Shown here piece by piece: positions 10,153 through 17,931 of a stretch of 41,550 nucleotides of DNA. Both the position numbers and the translations under genes were made by a program. The notes under the pieces are model-generated. The model searched no databases and was not told the origin of the DNA. It saw only the letters and a program-made list of their open reading frames with translations. Each line of letters begins with the position of its first letter. Positions within the stretch are counted from its first letter, which is position 1. Source of the DNA: Limisphaerales bacterium (GTDB taxonomy: Bacteria > Verrucomicrobiota > Verrucomicrobiia > Limisphaerales > SIBE01); contig JBGAIN010000061.1 in NCBI GenBank assembly GCA_044225505.1, forward strand, positions 1-41,550, given 5' to 3'.

Positions 10153-12822
10153 ATGACAGACAGATTGCCAATTTACGAAGTTGAAGATCAGATTATCGCT
10201 CGGCTGCAGGAAAATCGCCGCCTAATACTGCAGGCGCCCAATGGTTCGGGCAAATCGAGCCAGGTGCCACAGATGCTCCTTAATCGGGGATTGGTGAAGG
10301 ACGGCCAAGTCCTCGTTCTCGAACCGCGCCGGTTGCCCGCTCGGCTTCTGGCCGCACGGGTTGCGAAAGAGCGGAATGTCGAAGTGGGAGCGGAGGTTGG
10401 ATATGAGATTCCGTTTGAGTCGGTCGCTGGAGCTGCCACGCGCATCAAATATATTACCGGCGGGCTCCTGCTCCAACAGCTGCTGCAGGATCCCCAACTG
10501 CAAGGGGTGCAAGCGCTGGTTTTCGATGATTTTCAAGAGCGACATCTTGACAGCGACCTAACGCTCAGCCGCGCCCTGGAGGCGCAGGAGAAAAGCCGGC
10601 CGGACCTGCTGATCATCGTGATGTCGGCCACCCCTTCCGACGGCGCGCTAGAAACCTTCATGCAGCCATGCTCGGTTTTAGTGTCGGAAAGCCGGACCTT
10701 TCCCGTTGAAACGGATTACGTTCCGCACAAGAAGAAAGAGAAGGACAAGGAGAAAGAAGAGTCGGAAGAGCCAGTTTGGGAAATGGCCGCCGAAGCCTTC
10801 AAGAAGCATGTGCAGGGCAAAAATGCGGGTGATGTGCTCGTATTTATGCCGGGCCGGTATGAGATTGAGCAAACGATTGAGGCCATTCGAGCTCTCCCCG
10901 AAGCCCAAGGATTTCTGCTCCTGCCATTGCATTGCGAGCTGTCGCCCCAAGACCAGGAGGCAGCGGTTGCGCGTTATGATCAGCCGAAGGTGGTCGTTTC
11001 GACCAACGTCGCGGAGACATCCCTGACGATCGATGGAGTCCGCTTGGTTATCGACAGTGGCTTAGCTCGAATCCCGAAATACGATGCCAGCACTGGCATC
11101 AACACGCGCCTCGTCGAAAAGATCAGCCGCGCTTCCGCGGATCAAAGGTCAGGCCGGGCTGGCCGGACTGCGGCAGGACGTGTCGTTCGACTATGGTCAT
11201 CTCAAGACCATTGGGAACGCCCCGAACATACCGATCCCGAAGTGAAGCGCCTCGATCTTTCGGAGGTTGCCCTTACCTTGAAGTCCGCTGGCATCGAGGA
11301 TTTGCGAACGTTTCGGTGGTTGGAAGCGCCGACGGAAGAAGCCCTAGAGCGCTCTGAACAGTTGCTCATTGATCTGGGAGCACTGGAAGCGATTGAACCC
11401 GCCGCGGCTTCCGAAACACCCGTGCCCGCACCTGCAGGCACGCCCGCTGAAGGCACAACCACAGCTCCGGCCGCCACCTCAGCCGATAAACCGCGCCCAG
11501 TGAAGGGGCGCTTGACCGACCTGGGGAGACGAATGGCCGCTTTCCCGGTCCATCCTCGCTACTCGCGAATGTTTCTTGCGGCACAGGGATATGATTGCAC
11601 CTACCACGCCTGTCTGGTTGCCGCGTTGACTCAAGGCAGGGAACTCCTGATGCGCAGTCCAGGGAAAGCAATTCTTACGCTGCGCGAGGAATTATTGGGG
11701 CACAAAGGCAGTTCGGATTTTTGGATTGCCATGCGCGCATGGGATTACGCTCGGGACAATGAATACCGTGTCGACGTGTGTCGAAAGGTCGGCATCCACG
11801 CCGTTACGGCACGGCAGGTGGGCCCGCTGTTCGAAGAGTTTCAGAAAGTCGCGCGCAGTCAAGGACTGCACGTGGACCAAAAATCACCTGCCCCAGATAC
11901 TTTGGAGAAATGCATTCTGATCGCATTTCCAGACCGAGTTGCCCGGCGTCTGGATGAAGGCACGCTTCGGTGCGAAATGGTGGGTGCACGTCGCGGGAAT
12001 CTGGCACGCGAGAGTGTCGTCCACCATAGCACCTTGCTTGTGGCATCGGAAGTTCGCGAGGTGGAAGGGGCTGATAAAACCCTAGCCACCATCTTGTCGT
12101 GGGCCACAGCGACAACGCTTGACTGGCTCCGTGAGTTTTTTCCAAGAGCGGTGCGAACAGAGTCACGAGTCTTTTTCGATAGTGCAGCTCGGCGCGTGTC
12201 GGCCGATGAGCAGGTTCGATTTCGCGACCTCGTGGTGACCACCCGCCGCAACGATCCAGCTCCCGCAGACGAAGCCACGCGCATTTTAGCAACCGAAGTC
12301 TCGCAGAAACGGCTGACTCTGCGCAACTGGGATGCGAGCGTGGAAGAATGGATATTGCGCCTCAACTTGCTGAGTCGGTGGAGCCCAGATCTCGGGCTGA
12401 CGCCGTTGGCAGAAGACGATCGTTACCAGCTCATTGAGCAGATTTGCCAAGGGGGCTATTCCTATAAGGATATCAAAGATCGCGAAGTCAAGCTGGTCGT
12501 CCAGTCCTGGCTATCCAAAGCGCAGCAAGAGCTGCTTGAGAAACACGCTCCAGAACGATTCGCGTTTTCCAACGGCAAGTCCGCAAAGATTCACTATTTG
12601 AAAGAAGGCCAGCCCTACATTGAAGTCCGCATTCAGGATCTGTACGGCGTCAAGACGACGCCGAAAATTGCCTCGGGCAAGGTGACGTTGCAGGTGCACA
12701 TCTTAGCCCCCAATATGCGTCCGATCCAGGTCACTCAAGATCTCGTCAGCTTCTGGCGCGAGCATTACCCGAAAGCGAAGAAAGAGCTGCAACGGAAATA
12801 TCCGAAGCACGAATGGCGCTAA
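10153..12822 (+). CDS. hrpB: HrpB-family DEAH helicase-like protein with degenerate motif II (DDFQ)
   Basis: LPI start, GSGKS, PRRL, MSAT, FMPG, TNVAETSLTIDGV, QRSGRAGR, HA2 (PVHPR), and HrpB C-terminal domain (APNMRPIQVTQDL.SFW..YP..KKELQRKYPKHEW). ATG 10153 is preceded by GAGGGA. Confidence 0.92.
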   Translation: MTDRLPIYEVEDQIIARLQENRRLILQAPNGSGKSSQVPQMLLNRGLVKDGQVLVLEPRRLPARLLAARVAKERNVEVGAEVGYEIPFESVAGAATRIKYITGGLLLQQLLQDPQLQGVQALVFDDFQERHLDSDLTLSRALEAQEKSRPDLLIIVMSATPSDGALETFMQPCSVLVSESRTFPVETDYVPHKKKEKDKEKEESEEPVWEMAAEAFKKHVQGKNAGDVLVFMPGRYEIEQTIEAIRALPEAQGFLLLPLHCELSPQDQEAAVARYDQPKVVVSTNVAETSLTIDGVRLVIDSGLARIPKYDASTGINTRLVEKISRASADQRSGRAGRTAAGRVVRLWSSQDHWERPEHTDPEVKRLDLSEVALTLKSAGIEDLRTFRWLEAPTEEALERSEQLLIDLGALEAIEPAAASETPVPAPAGTPAEGTTTAPAATSADKPRPVKGRLTDLGRRMAAFPVHPRYSRMFLAAQGYDCTYHACLVAALTQGRELLMRSPGKAILTLREELLGHKGSSDFWIAMRAWDYARDNEYRVDVCRKVGIHAVTARQVGPLFEEFQKVARSQGLHVDQKSPAPDTLEKCILIAFPDRVARRLDEGTLRCEMVGARRGNLARESVVHHSTLLVASEVREVEGADKTLATILSWATATTLDWLREFFPRAVRTESRVFFDSAARRVSADEQVRFRDLVVTTRRNDPAPADEATRILATEVSQKRLTLRNWDASVEEWILRLNLLSRWSPDLGLTPLAEDDRYQLIEQICQGGYSYKDIKDREVKLVVQSWLSKAQQELLEKHAPERFAFSNGKSAKIHYLKEGQPYIEVRIQDLYGVKTTPKIASGKVTLQVHILAPNMRPIQVTQDLVSFWREHYPKAKKELQRKYPKHEWR

Positions 12823-12887
12823 CGGCGCGACTCGTCCGCGGGAGAGGAGACTGAAAGGTGAATGGCGTGGGGCCAGATCGGGCCACG

Positions 12888-13544
12888 CTAGGCTTCGCGC
12901 CATTGAATCGCATGTTGAACGAGTTCCGTGGCGTTCTTCAAGTTCAGCTTCTCCTTGATGTGAGCTCGGTGTGACTCGATTGTCTTAATACTAAGGTGCA
13001 ACTCCTCGGCAATCTGGCGCGTCCCGTGGCCTTGGCCAATCAAATTGAACACTTCTAATTCGCGGTCGCTCAGATCTTCGAGCGGTGACCCGGTGCGGGC
13101 TGCTCGACCACCGACCAACTGGTGCATCATCTTTTTCTCCATCCGCTCGCTGAGGTAAATCTCACCGTTTAACACTTGTCGGATCGCGGTAAGGACTTTC
13201 TCAGTCGCTTCCTGTTTCATGACGTATCCAGCGGCGCCGGCCCTGAGCGCGCGCACTGCGTAAAGCGACTCGTCGTGCATGGAGAGCATCAGAACAGATT
13301 GGCGTGGAAATCGGACTTTGATATTCTTCAATAGCTCGATGCCATTGCTCCCTTTCAGGGAGATATCCACAATCACAATGTCGGGCGAAAGAGCCGCGAT
13401 CTGATCCAACGCTTGATGCACGTCGTCCGCCATCCCACAGACCGAGAGATCCTTCTCATGATCGATCAGCTCCGCCAATCCCTGGCGCACGACCGGGTGA
13501 TCATCGACCAGCAACACAGTGTTCTTAAGCTTTTTCGCTGACAT
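12888..13544 (-). CDS. NarL/FixJ family response regulator (REC + LuxR HTH)
   Basis: LVDDHPVVRQG, DISL, LSMH, GYVMK, LSDRELEVF..IAEELHLSIKTIESHR. Confidence 0.95.
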   Translation of the reverse strand: MSAKKLKNTVLLVDDHPVVRQGLAELIDHEKDLSVCGMADDVHQALDQIAALSPDIVIVDISLKGSNGIELLKNIKVRFPRQSVLMLSMHDESLYAVRALRAGAAGYVMKQEATEKVLTAIRQVLNGEIYLSERMEKKMMHQLVGGRAARTGSPLEDLSDRELEVFNLIGQGHGTRQIAEELHLSIKTIESHRAHIKEKLNLKNATELVQHAIQWREA

Positions 13545-13680
13545 AGTTTGGTGTGAAATAATAGGTGAATGACCTGCGCGCACGAAACCGCTCGCGCAAG
13601 GCATCACGGAATTTGCACGAAAAACGCAACCGCAATTTTAATCGCGAGTGGCTAGGCTGAGCCGCGCGATGCGGCACATC

Positions 13681-13995
13681 TCAACCAGAGACGAAGCCTG
13701 AGCGCTCACGCCACTTAGCCCATGTCCGCACGAAACTTAGCACCTTCCAACCTCGCCAAGCGAGTTTGGGAATTCTGGCCAATCGGCGCCAGGGTGTTCG
13801 GATCAGCACCGCAGCGAGGCCGGTGATGAACAAGGGCGAGCGCCTCAGACTGTTGACGAAGGCCAGGACAGATCCGGTCGTTCGAATGGGACTCTCGAAC
13901 TGCTGGCACAGAGCGGACAACTGCCTACGCTGGGCATCCGATTGCGCGATCAACTGCGCACGCCGCAAAGCCAAATGATCTCGCGTCGAGTTCAC
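13681..13995 (-). CDS. YqjK-like protein
   Basis: GTG at 13995 overlaps the upstream TGA (GTGA). LALRRAQLIAQSDAQRRQL..basic amphipathic C-terminus; third gene of a yqjD-yqjE-yqjK-like arrangement. Confidence 0.7.
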   Translation of the reverse strand: MNSTRDHLALRRAQLIAQSDAQRRQLSALCQQFESPIRTTGSVLAFVNSLRRSPLFITGLAAVLIRTPWRRLARIPKLAWRGWKVLSFVRTWAKWRERSGFVSG

Positions 13996-14405
13996 GGTCT
14001 GGTGGAAAGCTGTTGATAATCTTTCGTCAACTCCGTCAACGTGGCACCGAACAGCTTCGGTTTCAGTCGATATTTTCGATGTGTCACGATGCCCAGGACG
14101 ATACCTGCAGTCATATACAGCAGCGCGAACCCACCCAGCACCGCCAACCGATAGGGCGTATCCCAAAAAGCAGCCACGATTAGCAGCGTGATCAATAAGA
14201 CCCCAAACGTCAGGCAAAGGATCGCCGTGGCGGCGAAGATCAGCAGCTGTTGAACCCGGTCGCGTTCCTCTTGTAGTTCGGTCGAAAACAGTTCAAGTCT
14301 CGTCCGGAAGAGTTCCACCCAGGTAGCCAAATAGGCTTTGAGCGACTGTATCAAGCTGGGAGGATGCGAATTCTCCTGTGCGCGGTCGCCAATAGCCATA
14401 GGCAT
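13992..14405 (-). CDS. YqjE-like (holin superfamily III) membrane protein
   Basis: RTRLELFSTELQEE, two TM helices, F.ATLTELTKD. Confidence 0.88.
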   Translation of the reverse strand: MPMAIGDRAQENSHPPSLIQSLKAYLATWVELFRTRLELFSTELQEERDRVQQLLIFAATAILCLTFGVLLITLLIVAAFWDTPYRLAVLGGFALLYMTAGIVLGIVTHRKYRLKPKLFGATLTELTKDYQQLSTRP

Positions 14406-14409
14406 TTTC

Positions 14410-14685
14410 CTAACGTCGGGACATGAGCAATCCGAGAATCAAACCGACGCCAGCCGCGATTCCAACCGCTTGCCACGGATTATCTCGAACATAGTGATCG
14501 GTCGTCCGCATACACTCGCGGGTCCGTTCAGAGACCAGCGCCTGCACCTCCGCCAAAGCTTCCTTGCTTTGATCCAAACTCTCTCCGACCCGCTGAGCCG
14601 CTACCGCAGCCGCGTCTCCAAGGGCCCGGCCAGCACTGGCGGCATTTTGTTCAGCACTGTTTTCTCCAATTCGATCCATAGACAT
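14410..14685 (-). CDS. YqjD/ElaB (DUF883) ribosome-binding membrane protein
   Basis: C-terminal D.YVRDNPWQAVGIAAGVGLILGLLMSRR signature; ATG at 14685 or 14679. Confidence 0.9.
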   Translation of the reverse strand: MSMDRIGENSAEQNAASAGRALGDAAAVAAQRVGESLDQSKEALAEVQALVSERTRECMRTTDHYVRDNPWQAVGIAAGVGLILGLLMSRR

Positions 14686-15028
14686 TCCTATAAGTTCAAG
14701 GTTGTTCAGACTGACCGATTGAGTTGGCAACGGCTATTTCGGCATCCTCGGGAATTAACAGTCTTAGAGACTTCATCTCGAGGTGAGACGGAATCGGCAC
14801 GATTGCCATCAAGTCATTCTCAGCGGAGGATACCAGCCAGAGTATCGGCGCTGGTCGCCCTGCCCATCAGGGAACTCACGGATCTTCCTGAGATCCTCCA
14901 TTCGCTGTCTCAGCCAGAATCTGGATATGACGATACTGGGAAGGGCAGGCCTCAGCTATCCGGATGGCACCCGTTTTTTTACCCGGGAGCACCCTCGAAT
15001 AACCTTAATCGAATCCCCGATCCTCAAG

Positions 15029-16462
15029 TCACGCCTCAGTCGCGGTCGATTTGGCTTTCCGACTGTAGACATGAGTGGAGTGTCCGTAAAATGCTTCCGC
15101 ACACTCCATAATGGTTTCGGAAAGGGTGGGATGCGGATGGACGGATTCCGCCAGGTCGCGTGCGGTTGCCCCCATCTCGATCGCCAGCACCCCTTCGCCG
15201 ATCAGTTCCCCTGCTCCCGCCCCGACGATGCCGACGCCTAGAACTCGCTCGGTTTCCGGCTCAATCACAAGTTTCGTCATTCCATCCGTTCGATCAAAAC
15301 TAAGGGCTCTCCCAGAGGCGGACCAGGGAAATTTTGCAACCTCGACTTCGATCCCCTTTTCTTTGGCTTCCGCTTCGGTCAAGCCGCACCAAGCTAGCTC
15401 CGGATCGGTAAAAACGACGGCGGGGATAACGATGTTCTCGAACGAGCTATATTCGCCCACGATGACTTCTATCGCAATGCGCGCCTCTTTTGTGGCTTTA
15501 TGGGCCAACAACGCACCGCCGGTCACATCTCCGATGGCGTAAATTCCAGGTTCATCAGTCTGTTGCCGTGCGTTGACCTTGATGAAGCCTTTCTCGTCGC
15601 GGGCGACCTTGGTATTCTCTAATCCGAGGTCTGCACAGTTCGGAACGCGTCCCACGGAAACGAGAACGCGGTCGAAGGCCTCTACTGTCTGCCCGGCTTT
15701 GCTTTCGAAAGTGACCTGGATTTGCTTCCCGGCAGTGGCCATTTTGGCGACCTTGGTGCCAACGCGGACTTCTTTGAAGTGGGTTTCGGCATAGCGCTTC
15801 ACAGGTCGGACAAGATCGGCATCGGCGCCCGCGAGAATAGAATCGAACGCTTCCACCACCACCACTTTGCTCCCGAGCGTCGCGTAAACCGTCCCTAACT
15901 CCATCCCAATATAGCCACCGCCAACGACCAGAAGTTCCCCTGGAATCTCCTCAATCTCCAAGGCGTCGCGAGACGTCATGATCCGAGGGTTCCCAAGATC
16001 AAACGCCTTTGGCATGGCCGATTTGGATCCTACCGCCAATATTGCCTGTTCAAACCGGATGAACTTCTGTCCTTCCGCGGTTTCCACTCGCACGGTTCGG
16101 CCGTCTTCCAAGTAAGCGCGACCGTGCAACACCTCGACCCCGCGCCGCTGCGCCAAACCCCGGACACCTTGGCCAAGCTTATCCAGAATCGATTCCTTCC
16201 AAGCCCGCATCTTGTTGAGATCAAGCTTCGGCGCAGGAAAATCGATCCCGCGAACGCTCGATTCCCTGGCTTCGCTGATGAGTTTAGTCGCATGCAGGTA
16301 AGCCTTCGAAGGAATACATCCCCAATTCAGGCAGACCCCTCCCAATCGCTTTTCCCGTTCGATCAGGATAACTTTCTTGCCTTTATCGGCAGCGTAAAAG
16401 GCAGCGGCATAACCGCCAGGCCCCGCACCAATGACCACGATTTCAGTTTGCGTCGGTGACAT
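15029..16462 (-). CDS. lpdA: Dihydrolipoyl dehydrogenase (E3)
   Basis: GAGPGGY, GGVCLNWGCIPSK, GGGYIG.E, HPHPTLSE. Confidence 0.97.
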   Translation of the reverse strand: MSPTQTEIVVIGAGPGGYAAAFYAADKGKKVILIEREKRLGGVCLNWGCIPSKAYLHATKLISEARESSVRGIDFPAPKLDLNKMRAWKESILDKLGQGVRGLAQRRGVEVLHGRAYLEDGRTVRVETAEGQKFIRFEQAILAVGSKSAMPKAFDLGNPRIMTSRDALEIEEIPGELLVVGGGYIGMELGTVYATLGSKVVVVEAFDSILAGADADLVRPVKRYAETHFKEVRVGTKVAKMATAGKQIQVTFESKAGQTVEAFDRVLVSVGRVPNCADLGLENTKVARDEKGFIKVNARQQTDEPGIYAIGDVTGGALLAHKATKEARIAIEVIVGEYSSFENIVIPAVVFTDPELAWCGLTEAEAKEKGIEVEVAKFPWSASGRALSFDRTDGMTKLVIEPETERVLGVGIVGAGAGELIGEGVLAIEMGATARDLAESVHPHPTLSETIMECAEAFYGHSTHVYSRKAKSTATEA

Positions 16463-16485
16463 AGATGAGACAGCGATGCGAGTGT

Positions 16486-17775
16486 TCAGACTTTGGCGTC
16501 TGCTTCCGCGAAGTTTTCCAGAGCCGCGATCAGATCGACCATAAAACGGGCCGCATTTCCTCCGTCGATGAGACGATGATCATACGAAAGAGCCAATGGC
16601 AGGAGCAATCGTGGAACGACTTTATCCTCTCGGACCGCAGGTTGCATCGCAGCTCGGCCCACGCCCAAAATCGCCACTTCTGGACGATTGATGATCGGGG
16701 TAAAATGAGCACTCCCAATGCCCCCTTGATTCGAAACAGTGAAAGTCCCGCCGCGCATATCCTCTGGCGCCAGCTTCCGATCTCGGCCTTTAGCTGCTAG
16801 GTCCTCAATTTCTTTGGAGAGTTGCAGCATCGTTTTGGTATCAACGTCCCGAATAACGGGCACGAGCAGTCCCGCTTCCGTATCCACCGCTAGACCAATG
16901 TGGATGTACTCTTTGAAAACGATCTTCGACCCGCTCTCGTCGAGGCTGGCATTGAAGATAGGATGCTTGCGCAGCACGATGGCCAGGGCCTTCAAGACAA
17001 ACGCCGTGACGGTCAACCGACCTCCTTGAGCTTCATACGCCTTGGCCAAGCGTTTCCGCAGATCCGTCACCCGCGTCAGATCGGCGTCATCGAATTGGGT
17101 CACATGGGGAATCGCCGTCCAACTCTCCGTCATGCGCCGGCTGATGACTTGCCGCAGCGGCGACATCGCCTTGGCGGAGATCGGGCCCCACTTGCTAAAA
17201 TCAATCGCCTCGCTAGCCGCGACACGAGACTGCTCTTTGGCTTTGGCAAACGCGACTTGCTGCAATCGCTGGATATAATTGCGAACGTCCGCCAGCACTA
17301 TTCGGCCGCCATTTTGGCTGCCCCGAATCTTACTAAGGTCAATCCCCAAATCCTTCGCCAATCGACGCAGCGAAGGTGCTGCGGGTGGAGGAAACCCAGC
17401 CTTTTTCGAAGCGGAAGTGGAAGTGGCTAGATCTTCCAGGTTTAGACCCGGGTCCGCGTAGCCGTCTTCTTTCGGTTCTGGCTTCTCACTCGGCTCGGCC
17501 GCAGCGGGCTGAGGAACTGCGGCAGGTGCGGCGGCGGCTTCCCCGGCTCCGCCCAAAGTAAGAATCACTTGCCCCACACCGAGTTTATCTCCAGCTTTGA
17601 CACGCACATTAGACACCTTTCCCGCGGCGGGCGAAGGAATAGGCGCAACCGCTTTTTCGTTCTCCAGTTCGAGTATCGTCTGGCCTTCCGTAATCACATC
17701 GCCTTCCTTGACGAAAAGCGTAACGACCGAGCCGGAATCGACTCCCTCCCCTAGTTTAGGCAACCGTACATCCAT
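16486..17775 (-). CDS. aceF: Dihydrolipoamide acetyltransferase (E2) with one lipoyl domain
   Basis: MDVRLPKLGEG lipoyl domain (ENEKA), E3-binding domain (AAPSLRRLA), catalytic SYDHRLIDG; start ATG 17775. Confidence 0.93.
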   Translation of the reverse strand: MDVRLPKLGEGVDSGSVVTLFVKEGDVITEGQTILELENEKAVAPIPSPAAGKVSNVRVKAGDKLGVGQVILTLGGAGEAAAAPAAVPQPAAAEPSEKPEPKEDGYADPGLNLEDLATSTSASKKAGFPPPAAPSLRRLAKDLGIDLSKIRGSQNGGRIVLADVRNYIQRLQQVAFAKAKEQSRVAASEAIDFSKWGPISAKAMSPLRQVISRRMTESWTAIPHVTQFDDADLTRVTDLRKRLAKAYEAQGGRLTVTAFVLKALAIVLRKHPIFNASLDESGSKIVFKEYIHIGLAVDTEAGLLVPVIRDVDTKTMLQLSKEIEDLAAKGRDRKLAPEDMRGGTFTVSNQGGIGSAHFTPIINRPEVAILGVGRAAMQPAVREDKVVPRLLLPLALSYDHRLIDGGNAARFMVDLIAALENFAEADAKV

Positions 17776-17931
17776 AAAGTAATTGTGTAACGATGCAGAA
17801 AGCCGGCGCGAGTCGCCAGTTAATTTGATTCGTTGGTCGCTTGTCGATTGCGCCGGCGGCGGGACGAACCGTCCGCCCTCTGGCACTGAGCAACTTGGGT
17901 CTCAGGAACAACCGAAGGCATACGCTCGAGC

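Noticed and set aside
13992..14405. 'Phage holin' suggesting a prophage
   Set aside because: It is the YqjE-type protein in a yqjD/E/K context; no phage genes are nearby.
14338..15111. 257-aa plus-strand ORF
   Set aside because: Antisense to the yqjE/yqjD-like genes and the lpdA end, Ser/Arg/Pro-rich, with no recognisable motif.
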